Part shown: piece after piece, positions 46,001 through 54,324 of the stretch
How positions within the stretch are numbered: the stretch's first letter is position 1
How the letters are laid out: each line of letters starts with the position of its first letter
NCBI GenBank assembly: GCA_963805975.1
Contig: CAWDVR010000006.1
Location: 96,001 to 160,000 of the forward strand
Source: an uncultured Acidobacteriota bacterium
Lineage (GTDB): Bacteria > Acidobacteriota > Thermoanaerobaculia > Multivoradales > SZUA-115
DNA: 64,000 nucleotides
Reading direction: 5' to 3'
The notes under the pieces: model-generated
Told to the model about the DNA's origin: nothing
What the model saw: only the letters and a program-made list of their open reading frames with translations
Databases searched by the model: none
Position numbers and translations under genes: made by a program

Positions 46001-47263
46001 CTCGTCACCTGGCTGGGGAAGAGCCCGATCGTGCGCCGGCCCGACGTCGCCGCGCTCTTCCGGCGCTGGGAAGGGATCCTGGTCGCGCTCCAGGAGTACG
46101 AGGCCAAGAAGCCGGGCAACGCGGTCGCCGAGCTCGAGAGCTTCATCACCGCCGACATGGCGCGGATCGATCCCAGGAGCTGCGCTCCCGGCCAGGCCAC
46201 GGCCGCGGCATCGCTCGCCGCAGGGACGGCTCCCGAGCGGCCACCGGAGCGCCCCGCGCCGCAGGCAAGCCGTCCCGCGCCGACCAGCTTCTTCCTCTGG
46301 CGCCGGCACGAGCTGGCGCGCCAGCTCGGGGAGCGCTGCCGCGACCTGGCGGCGGAGCAGGCCCGCGGCGAGTACGACCGGCTGGCGCGCTTCTTCAACG
46401 AGCACCTGGCAGGGCGGTTCCCGTTCGCGGCCCGGGCGCCGACGGCATTCGCCGCGGAAGCCGAGCTGGCGGACCTCGAAGCCTTCTTCGAGCTCTTCGA
46501 CGCCAGCGTCCAGACCCTGCGGAACGCGCAGGCGGACGACCCCGCGGCCCTCGGCACGGCGGGCTCGGCGGTGATGGGGTTCTGCGATCGCATGAGCGCG
46601 GTGCGGACCTTTTTCGCCTCCTACCTCGACAGCACCGAGCGCGAGCCGCAGCTCACCCTCGACCTCGACGTCGACTTCCGCGTCCTGCGCCAGCCGGCCA
46701 CGGGTACCAGTGGGGGGGCCGCGGTGCCGGCGGCGGAGAGCTCGGAGAAGGAGATCGGCGGCGAGCGCATCATCGATTGGCGGCTGGCGGTGGGCGATCG
46801 CGAGGTCAGTCACCGGGACACCGAGCGCCACCTCGCCTGGCGGCCGGGCCTGCCCGTCCGCCTCGGCCTGCGCTGGGCCGAGGACTCGCCGCGCCTGCCT
46901 GCCGCACCCTGGCTGGCCGCGGACGGCCGCACCGTGCTCTACGAGTACCGGAACCGTTGGTCGCTGCTCGCTCTCCTGGCCGAGCATCCGAGCCAGGACC
47001 CCCGGCCGCACACCCTGCGCTTCGAGATCACGACCGAGCCCAACCCCGAGCTCGCGGGCGCCGGGGGTGAAGCCGACGGCGGCCCGTCGCTGGCGCCGGA
47101 CGAGCCGGCGACGCAGGTCTACGTGCGGGTGACGCTGCGGCCGCCGGCGGTCGAGGGCAAGCCGGCGGAGGTGCTGCGGTTCCCCGATTTCCCGGTGGTG
47201 GCGCCGTCCCGGCAGAGCGCGGGCGAGCGCACCGTGGCCGGCGGCAGAGAGGTGTCGCGATGA
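43025..47263 (+). CDS. tssM: T6SS membrane-complex subunit TssM/IcmF
   Basis: N-terminal TM; YRLPWVLLFG, WW, RPERPLDAVVL, PVYVLIT, LLRGIYLTG, IFRERGL; second TM; LAGRFPF in the C-terminal domain. Confidence 0.88.
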   Translation: MSRLMAAWPVLLVIVLALAVAITLYLVSLLRKAKQKALIEEEPPAAAPPPAAEDAAAEPEVAAKRGLARSFRRALSRLSRHVGVRRAQYRLPWVLLFGAPGSRPRDLLAEAGINLPFGSPLGSESESGLAWWMLDHGVVLDLDGGYVLGAAGRSTGSLGWGRFLRLTQRHRPERPLDAVVLTLTAGELLAARRQGAAGLADLERRAGSFCQKLWQVESVLGIRCPVYVLITGCEALPSFDGFCAALPARHSTEMLGWSNPYALDAAYRPGWVKEAFRGLVTRLGQVQLEVFAEPTLVAQGEEVLIFPEEVAALEEPLAVYLDPLFQQSAYREGLLLRGIYLTGAAPDAAGASSRGYLFHHFLKGLFEHKIFRERGLAEPTRGTWLAKNRRKLATQAAVAALAVTLVAGSVFGYFSLRRGRDDLKTFLEETAIHVDELRRAREAGKPLDRGVVVRQAAHLMEGMSNLDVDRLGSFFLPASWGWLTDFDDHMVAATVRVQEDVIFRAIGFDLERRALELTKAPSRASGSAGDSVAWQAAAAVAADPGVLVLTPLERLPEFETWSRSVDDLQALENAAELYNGLPETRDLNHLARVIEYLFGKPPPKALFEHSRLYREALAASQFPPFKVADYEAAAEVRVEALGRDFYRRLFAGNEVFAALRALAQDLDGVAHGGLADIEVFADLVARIDLVETALAQPELDWARRPTFDLGAAHNETLSEISGSAFLGADLAESLRQEGEAGWRLVRAGLADLESPVTGPLLVQDDGEPRLQLSTDTVFLKAALSSFLDESFLASSAARSFDSTLRPGSRLFWDLALLEEAGKLDEVFKRFEGQTLTLFAEALRPAISDVARAELGARMEDLIARAQRFEPMPEAVSPLLAEAELGDEIESFSQAAKPLHQLADAFGRLRLVRRQQALSGLVAEQGAGLLAEVDRLLVAGAPYRPRQGDFSWWQGEAQVALTAFDVADTAELEAYLAAERERAKRLATGYAQPLVTWLGKSPIVRRPDVAALFRRWEGILVALQEYEAKKPGNAVAELESFITADMARIDPRSCAPGQATAAASLAAGTAPERPPERPAPQASRPAPTSFFLWRRHELARQLGERCRDLAAEQARGEYDRLARFFNEHLAGRFPFAARAPTAFAAEAELADLEAFFELFDASVQTLRNAQADDPAALGTAGSAVMGFCDRMSAVRTFFASYLDSTEREPQLTLDLDVDFRVLRQPATGTSGGAAVPAAESSEKEIGGERIIDWRLAVGDREVSHRDTERHLAWRPGLPVRLGLRWAEDSPRLPAAPWLAADGRTVLYEYRNRWSLLALLAEHPSQDPRPHTLRFEITTEPNPELAGAGGEADGGPSLAPDEPATQVYVRVTLRPPAVEGKPAEVLRFPDFPVVAPSRQSAGERTVAGGREVSR

Positions 47264-48348
47264 GCTGGATGGACCTCGAAGGATTGCTGGCGCCGATCTC
47301 GGGAGCGTCGGCCACGGGCGAACCGCTGCGCTACGACGCGCTTTACGACACCCTCAAGGAGCTGCGGCGGGAGGACGACCCCACCCTGCCGCAGGGGGTA
47401 TGGAAGCACGAGCTCAAGCGCGCCGACTGGAGCCAGATCGAGAGCCTAGCCGGGGAGGCTATCGCCCGGCGGAGCAAGGATCTGCAGCTCGCGGGCTGGC
47501 TCGCCGAGGCGTGGACCCACCTCTACGGCTTTGGCGGCGCCCGCCAGGGCCTCGAGCTCCTGGCCGAGCTCGTCCGCCGCTTCTGGGACGACGTCCACCC
47601 GGTGGCAGGCAACGGCGACATCGAGGTCCGGCTGGCGCCGCTGCGCTGGATCAACGACCAGTTGGCGAAGACGCTGCGTCTCGTGCCGCTCACCCGGCCG
47701 GACGCCGAGGAGGCGCCGGTCTGCACCTGGGGCGACTGGGAGGACAGCCTCTACCTTTCCCGCCTGGCCGCCACCGACCGCGAAGGCGCGGCCCGCGCCG
47801 AGGCGGCCGGCCGCATCACCCAGCCGCGCTTCTTCCTCTCCGTCAACCTGACCTCGGGCAGCCACTTCCTGCGCCTCTCCGAGCAAGTGGCCGGCGTCGA
47901 AGCGGCGATCGGCAACCTCGACGCGGTGCTGACCGAGCGCTGCGGCCGGGGTATGGTGAGCCTGGCGGCGCTCGGCGAGACCACGGCGGCGATCGGCGCC
48001 TTCCTCGGCCGCATCCTCTCGGAACGGGTGGACGCGGGCGAGCTCGCGCCCTCGCTGATGGAGGAGCCGTCGGGGGAGGGGGGCTCGCCCTGGGCCGCCG
48101 AGCTCAGCGCCCACGCCCCGGCGCCCGGCCGCATCACCAGCCGCGCCGAGGCCTACCAGCGGCTGACCGAGGCCGCCGAGTACCTGCTCCGCACCGAGCC
48201 CCACAGCCCGGCGCCCTACCTGGTCCGGCGCGCCGTGCTGTGGGGCAACCTGAGCCTGGCCGAGCTGCTCGCCGAGCTGCTCGCCGGCAAGGCCGATCTC
48301 GCGACCATTTACGCTCTGCTCGGCATCAAACGCATGGACGTCTCTTGA
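47260..48348 (+). CDS. tssA: T6SS TssA (ImpA_N, short form)
   Basis: LLAPIS..GEPLRYD, ELRREDD, ADW, SKDLQLAGWLAEA, FWDDVHP, SRAEAY, EPHSPAPYLVRRA..W. Confidence 0.9.
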   Translation: MSWMDLEGLLAPISGASATGEPLRYDALYDTLKELRREDDPTLPQGVWKHELKRADWSQIESLAGEAIARRSKDLQLAGWLAEAWTHLYGFGGARQGLELLAELVRRFWDDVHPVAGNGDIEVRLAPLRWINDQLAKTLRLVPLTRPDAEEAPVCTWGDWEDSLYLSRLAATDREGAARAEAAGRITQPRFFLSVNLTSGSHFLRLSEQVAGVEAAIGNLDAVLTERCGRGMVSLAALGETTAAIGAFLGRILSERVDAGELAPSLMEEPSGEGGSPWAAELSAHAPAPGRITSRAEAYQRLTEAAEYLLRTEPHSPAPYLVRRAVLWGNLSLAELLAELLAGKADLATIYALLGIKRMDVS

Positions 48349-48440
48349 GGAAGGAAAGGAGGTGCTTACGAGCCCACCGTTGGCGACCCGTGTGATGAAA
48401 CGAAACTTCCCACTTAGAAGCACTTGACAGGAGCAATCTC

Positions 48441-48959
48441 ATGGGCGAGAGCAATCAGCACAAGCTGAGCCGCGTGCGACCACCGCGGGTTCAGATCACC
48501 TACGACGTGGAGACCGGCGGCGCCATCGAGATGAAGGAGCTGCCGTTCATCGTCGGCATCCTGGCGGATCTCTCCGGCAAGCCGGAGGAGCCGCTGCCCG
48601 GCCTCAAGGAGCGCAAGTTCGTCGAGATCGACCGCGACAACTTCAACGACGTGATGGCTTCCCTCAAGCCGCGCGTCGCCTTACAGGTGGCGAACAAGCT
48701 CAACGGCGACGAGGACAAGAAGCTCAACGTGGCGCTCAACTTCAAGAGCATCGACGACTTCCATCCCGCCTCGATCGTGAAGCAGGTGGAGCCGCTCAAG
48801 AAGCTCTTCGAGGCGCGGCAGCGGCTGCGCGACCTGATGGCCAAGCTCGACGGCAACGATGACCTCGACGCGCTGCTGCAGGACGTGGCGACCAACACCG
48901 AAAGCCAGCAGCAGATCAAGAACCAGCTCGGCGAAGGCGGAGGTAAGACCGATGGCTGA
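48441..48959 (+). CDS. tssB: T6SS contractile sheath small subunit
   Basis: RVRPPRVQITYDVETGGA..ELPFIVGILADLSG, RKFVEIDRDNFN, DDFHP. Confidence 0.95.
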   Translation: MGESNQHKLSRVRPPRVQITYDVETGGAIEMKELPFIVGILADLSGKPEEPLPGLKERKFVEIDRDNFNDVMASLKPRVALQVANKLNGDEDKKLNVALNFKSIDDFHPASIVKQVEPLKKLFEARQRLRDLMAKLDGNDDLDALLQDVATNTESQQQIKNQLGEGGGKTDG

Positions 48960-50453
48960 CAAGAAGAAGGATGAGGCCGCTGCGGCCCCGGCGGCGGAGA
49001 GTGCGGCGGCGACCGAGATCACGCTCCTCGACAAGGTCATCGCCGAAGGCAGGATGGCGCGCGACGACAGCCAGAAGGCGCTCGCCCGCGACCTGGTGGG
49101 CGAGTTCGTGCACCAGGTGGTGGACGAAGGCATGACGGTGGGCACCGACACCCTGGCGTCGATCGAGGACCAAATCGCCAAGATCGACGCGATCCTGTCG
49201 GCGCAGCTCAACGAGATCCTGCACGACCCCGAGCTCCAGCGTCTCGAGGCCTCGTGGCGGGGCCTGCACTACCTGGTGATGAACACCGAGACCGGCACCA
49301 AGCTCAAGCTGCGGCTGCTCAACGTCGTCCAAGAGTGAGCTGCAGAAGGACCTCGAGTCGGCCACCGAGTTCGACCAGAGCAATCTCTTCAAGAAGGTCT
49401 ACGAGGAGGAGTACGGCACCTTCGGCGGCAACCCCTACAGCTTGCTGGTGGGCGACTACGAGTTCGGCCGCAACACCGCAGGACATGACGCTCCTGGGGC
49501 TGCTCTCGAACGTGGCGGCGGCGGCCCACGCGCCGTTCATCGCCGCGGCCTCGCCGGCGCTGTTCGACATGGACAGCTTCACCGAGCTCGGCAACCCCCG
49601 CGATCTGGCCAAGACTTTCGGAGTCGACCGAGCTCATCAAGTGGACGCTCGTTCCGCAGAGCGAGGACTCGCGCTACGTGTCGCTGGTGCTGCCGCACAT
49701 CCTGCTGCGCCTGCCCTACGGGCCGGAGACCCTGCCGGTCGAGGAGTTCAACTTCGAGGAGGAGGTGGACGGCAGCGACCACCGCCGCTACCTGTGGGGC
49801 AACGCCGCCTATGCGCTGGCCCAGCGCATCACCAACGCCTTCGCGCTCTACGGCTGGTGCGCCGCGATCCGCGGCGTCGAGGGCGGCGGCAAGGTCGAGG
49901 GCCTGCCGGTGCACACCTTCAAGACCGACGAGGGCGACTGGCGCTCAAGTGCCCGACCGAGATCGCCATCACCGACCGCCGCGAGAACGAGCTCAACAAC
50001 CTGGGCTTCATCTCGCTCTGCCACTGCAAGGGCACGGACTACGCCGTGTTCTTCGGCGGCCAGACCACCCAGAAGCCCAAGCTCTACGACACCGACGAGG
50101 CCAACGCCAACGCGCGGATCTCGGCCCGCCTGCCCTACATCCTGGCGGCGTCGCGTTTCGCCCACTACCTCAAGGTGATCTGCCGCGACAAGATCGGCAG
50201 CTTCCAGACCCGCTCCACCATGACCCTGTTCCTCAACCGCTGGATCAACACCTACGTCCTCGCCACCGACGAGGCCGGCCAGGAGCTCAAGGCCCGCTAC
50301 CCGCTGCGCGACGCCCGCATCGACGTCTCGGACATGCCCGGCAAGCCCGGCGCTTTCCGCGCCGTGGCCTTCCTGCGGCCTCACTTCCAGCTCGAAGAGC
50401 TGACCACCTCGATCCGCCTGGTGGCCGAGCTGCCGCCGCCAGCAGCGGCCTAA
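48952..50453 (+). CDS. tssC: T6SS contractile sheath large subunit, interrupted by about 6 single-base indels (probable sequencing errors)
   Basis: Fragments in changing frames: [18 protein letters not shown]; [14 protein letters not shown]; AAAHAPFI; [21 protein letters not shown]; [31 protein letters not shown]. Removing a net +2 nt gives 499 aa. Confidence 0.9.
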
Positions 50454-50472
50454 GGACCCAAGGAGAACGCGC

Positions 50473-50979
50473 ATGGCAACCAACATGTATCTCAAGTTCG
50501 AGGAGCCCGGGATCACCTCGGGCTCGACCGCGGCGGAGCACGCCAACGAGATCGAGGTGCTGTCCTGGAACCACGGTTTCGCCCAGCCCACCTCGTCCAC
50601 CCGCTCGACGGCCGGCAGTGGCACCGTGGAGCAGGCCAACCACCAGAACTTCTCGTTCTCGAAGTACCTCGACCAGTCGACCACCGAGCTCATGAAGTAC
50701 TGCTGGGGAGGTAAGCAGTTCGGCAAGGCGACGCTCTCCTGCTTCCGTTCCGACGGCGCCACCGACAACAAGCCGGTCAAGTACCTCGAGGTGCTGATGA
50801 CCCACGTCGTGATCTCGAACCAGAGCCTGTCGGGCGGGCCCGGCGACATCCCGGTGGAGAACATCTCGCTCGACTACGGCACCATCCAGTACACCTACAC
50901 CGATCAAAAGCAGGCCGACGGCACCGGCGGCGGCAACAAGCCGGCCAAGCACGACCTGGAGCAGCGCAAGATTGCCTAG
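50473..50979 (+). CDS. hcp: T6SS tube protein Hcp (TssD)
   Basis: [38 protein letters not shown]; AAGGAG RBS. Confidence 0.93.
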   Translation: MATNMYLKFEEPGITSGSTAAEHANEIEVLSWNHGFAQPTSSTRSTAGSGTVEQANHQNFSFSKYLDQSTTELMKYCWGGKQFGKATLSCFRSDGATDNKPVKYLEVLMTHVVISNQSLSGGPGDIPVENISLDYGTIQYTYTDQKQADGTGGGNKPAKHDLEQRKIA

Positions 50980-51439
50980 TGCGGCCCGCACCCCGCTGTT
51001 CGACCGCCTGGTCGACGAGCACCCCGGCACCCACCACGAGGCGCCGCCGGCGCGTACTTTGACGCGCGCCGGTGTCGTCGAGTCGGTGCGGCGGGAGCTG
51101 GAGCGGCTGTTCAACACCCGGCTCTCCCTCCCGCCGCACCGGCTCGAAGGCCGGCAGCGCTCGGTGATCGACTACGGCATCCCTGACTTCCGCGACGCCT
51201 CGCCGGGCAACGCGGCCGACCGCGAGCGGCTGGCCCGCGCCCTGACCGAGGCGGTCACGGCCTTCGAGCCGCGCCTCCGGCAGGTGCGGGTCGAGGTGGA
51301 GGCCCCGGCCGAGGGGCAGGAAGGCCTGACAGCCCGCTTCTCCGCCCTGCTGACCACCGAATCCATGCCCGAGCCCATCTCTTTCATGACCGTCTTCGCC
51401 CAGCGCCGCAACGGGGTGGAGGTCCATGCAGCCGCTTGA
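50972..51439 (+). CDS. tssE: T6SS baseplate subunit TssE (gp25-like)
   Basis: PLFDRL, SVRRELERLFNTR, DYGIPDF, FEPRLRQVRV; start uncertain. Confidence 0.88.
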   Translation: MPSAARTPLFDRLVDEHPGTHHEAPPARTLTRAGVVESVRRELERLFNTRLSLPPHRLEGRQRSVIDYGIPDFRDASPGNAADRERLARALTEAVTAFEPRLRQVRVEVEAPAEGQEGLTARFSALLTTESMPEPISFMTVFAQRRNGVEVHAAA

Positions 51440-53236
51440 CGAAGAGTTCCTGCGCTACTACTGGGAGGAGCTGCTCTACCTGCGGCGCCTCGGCCAGGAG
51501 TTCGCCCACACCTATCCCAAGGTGGCGGCGCGGCTCGAGCTGGCGCCGGACGAGAGCGCCGACCCGCACGTCGAGCGACTGATCGAATCGTTCGCGTTTC
51601 TCACCGCCCGCATCCAGAGGAGCCTCGACAACGATTTCCCCGAGATCGCCGCCGAGCTGCTGCAGATCCTCTACCCGCACCTCGTCCAGCCCATCCCGTC
51701 GCTGTCGGTGGCCCGCTTCGAGGTGGACCCGGAGCGGCTGCGGCTCACCTCCGGCTACGAGGTGCCGCGGGGCACCGGCCTCTTCGCCCACCCGGAGCAC
51801 GGCGACATCTGCCGCTTCCGCACCTGCTATCCCTTGACCCTGTGGCCGCTCGAGGTCACCGAGGCCGCCTTCGAGGTGCCGGACCGCTATCCCTTCCTCG
51901 ACCAGCAGAGTGACGTGGCGGCGGTGCTGCGCCTGCGCCTCGTCGCCCGCGGCGAGCCCTTCGAGAAGCTCGGAGCTCGACAAGCTGCGGTTCTTCCTGG
52001 ACGGCGACCCGATGCTGGTCGGGAAGATCTGGGAGCTGCTGGTGAGCCGCGCGCTGCGGGTGGAGCTGCTGCCGGTGGGAGAGCGGCTGGCGCGCCGGTT
52101 GCCGGGGGAACCGCTCCAGCCGGTGGGCTTCGGCCTCGACGAGGCCGTGCTGCCCTATCCGGAGCACGCCCAGCCGGCCTACCGGCTGCTCCAGGAGTAC
52201 TTCGCGTTCCCGGAGAAGTTCCTGTTCTTCGACCTCGCGGGCCTCGCGCGGGCCGGCCCGCGGCAGCACCGTGGACCTCCTCTTCCTCCTCGACCAGGCG
52301 CCCTCCTCACGCCTGCCGATCGGGCCGCAGAACTTTCTCTTGGGCTGCACCCCGATCATCAATCTCTTCGCCAAGACCAGCGAGCCCATCCGCATCGACC
52401 ACCGCCGGCTGGAGTATCGGCTGGTGGCCGACCAGCGGCGGGAGAAGACCACCGAGATCCATTCCATCCAGGCGATCTCGGGCTCCACCAACCCGGCCGA
52501 GCGCAGCCGGGACTTCGCCCCTTTCTACGCCTTCACGCACGAGATGAGCGAGCGGGGGCAGAAGGTCTTCTGGCACGCCCGGCGGGTCCTCTCCCTCTAC
52601 CAGGACGTGGCCGGCACCGAGACCCTGCTCTCGTTCCTCGATCTCGACTTCAAGCCCACCCAGCCGCCGCTCGAGACCGTCTTCGCCCACACCCTGTGCA
52701 CCAACCGGGCGCTCGCCGTACAGATGCCGGCCGGCGCGCTGCTGTCGATCGAGGACCCGATCCCGGTGGCGCGCGTGGTGTGCCTCAAGAAGCCCAGCCC
52801 GCAGGTCTCGCCGCCGCTCTCCGGCCAGACCCTGTGGCGGCTGGTCTCCCACCTCTCGCTCAACTATCTCTCGCTCTCGGGCGAGCGGGAGAGCGTCAAG
52901 GCGCTGCGCGAGATCCTGCGCCTCTACTGCGCCTCGGAAGCCGCCTCGGTGCACCAGCAGATCAGCGGCATCCGGTCGATGGAGGTGCGCCCGGTGGTGC
53001 GCCGGGTGGGTGAGAGCGCCTGGCGGGGTTTCTGTAAAGGTCTCGAGGTGACGCTCACCATGGACGAGGGGCGGTTCGTGGGCGGCAGCGCTTTTCTGCT
53101 CGGTGCCGTGCTCAATCATTTCTTCGCCCTCTACTCCTCCACCAACTCCTTTAGCCAGCTCGTGCTCCGCCGCCACGAGCGGGAAGGCGAATGGAAACGA
53201 TGGCCGCCTATGGCTGGCGAAAGAAGACTGGCGTAA
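51426..53236 (+). CDS. tssF: T6SS baseplate subunit TssF, with two +1 frameshifts (near 51973 and 52260)
   Basis: YYWEELLYLR..EFA..YPKVAARL, DPHVERLIESFAFL; YRLLQEYFAFPEKFLF; LGCTPIINLF, WRLVSHLSLNYLSL, NSFSQL, WPP. Removing 2 nt gives 602 aa. Confidence 0.9.
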
Positions 53237-54324
53237 GCGCAGGCCTGTTCGCCGAAGGCCACCGCTTCGAGTTCCTGCAGGCGGTGGGCCTGCTGGAGGC
53301 GATCGGCCGTCGGCCCTTGGGGGAGGGGACCGACCCCGAGGCCGAGCCGGTGCGCTTCTCCTCGCAGGTGGCGCTCGGCTTTCCTCCCGGCGAGGTGGTC
53401 GGCGTCCGGCCCCCGCCTCCCGGCGGCGGCCCGGCGCGGATGAGCGTGGCGTTCCTGGGCCTGGCCGGCGAGCACGGCCCGCTGCCCCAGAACGTCACCG
53501 AGCTGATCCTGCGGCGGATGGCCGCCAAGGACCGCACGGCCGCGGACTTCCTGGACCTCTTCAACCACCGGCTGGTGAGCCTCTTCTACCGGGCGCGCAA
53601 GAAGTACCGCCCGGCCCTCGACCACCGGCCGCCGGACGAGGGCCGCGTCGCGGGCACGCTCTACGCCTTCCTGGGGCTCGGCACGCCGGGCCTCGGAGGG
53701 CGCATGGGAGTGCGGGACCGGTCTCTCCTAGCGCACGCCGGGCTGATCCTCGGCACCCAGCGGCCGATGGCCGGGCTGCCCTGCCTCCTCGCGCGGCACT
53801 TCGGGGTGCCGGTGGCGCTCGAGCCCTTCCGCGGCTCCTGGCTGACGCTCGACCCCGGAGAGCGGACGCGGCTGGGCCGCCGCGGGGTCAACCAGCGGCT
53901 CGGTGAGAGCGCGGTCCTGGGCTCCAAGGTCTGGGACCAGCAGGCGGGTTTCGAGGTGCGCCTGGGGCCGCTGTCGCTCGCCAAGTTCCTCGATTTCCTG
54001 CCCACCGGCGGGGCGTTCCAGCCGCTCGTCTCCCTGGTCCGCTACTACGTGGGCCAGGAGCTCGCCTTCGGGGTGCGGCTGCTGCTCGAGCCCGACGAGA
54101 TGCCGGCGCTGCGGCTCGGCCGGGCGGGAGACACGCGCCTCGGCTGGTCGGCGCGCCTGGCCGGGAGGGGCCGCGAACGGTCCCAGGGCCAGGTCGAGAG
54201 GCCGGCGGCGCCGGAGCCGCGGCTGGGCAGCGCCGGCGGGGCTCGCCTGGGCTGGACCTCCTGGCTCTCCACCCGCCGGCCGGCCGCCGGCGACGCGCAA
54301 GTGGTGCTCGCGGGGCACGCATGA
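53200..54324 (+). CDS. tssG: T6SS baseplate subunit TssG
   Basis: FEFLQAV, FLGLAGEHGPLP, DFLDLFNHRL..LFYRA..KY, LGPLS..FLP, LGWTSWL. Confidence 0.92.
   Translation: MAAYGWRKKTGVSAGLFAEGHRFEFLQAVGLLEAIGRRPLGEGTDPEAEPVRFSSQVALGFPPGEVVGVRPPPPGGGPARMSVAFLGLAGEHGPLPQNVTELILRRMAAKDRTAADFLDLFNHRLVSLFYRARKKYRPALDHRPPDEGRVAGTLYAFLGLGTPGLGGRMGVRDRSLLAHAGLILGTQRPMAGLPCLLARHFGVPVALEPFRGSWLTLDPGERTRLGRRGVNQRLGESAVLGSKVWDQQAGFEVRLGPLSLAKFLDFLPTGGAFQPLVSLVRYYVGQELAFGVRLLLEPDEMPALRLGRAGDTRLGWSARLAGRGRERSQGQVERPAAPEPRLGSAGGARLGWTSWLSTRRPAAGDAQVVLAGHA

Noticed and set aside
48952-53236. Programmed frameshifting or phase variation in tssC and tssF
   Set aside because: The indels are many, of mixed sign and not at slippery heptamers or SSR tracts; sequencing error is more parsimonious.
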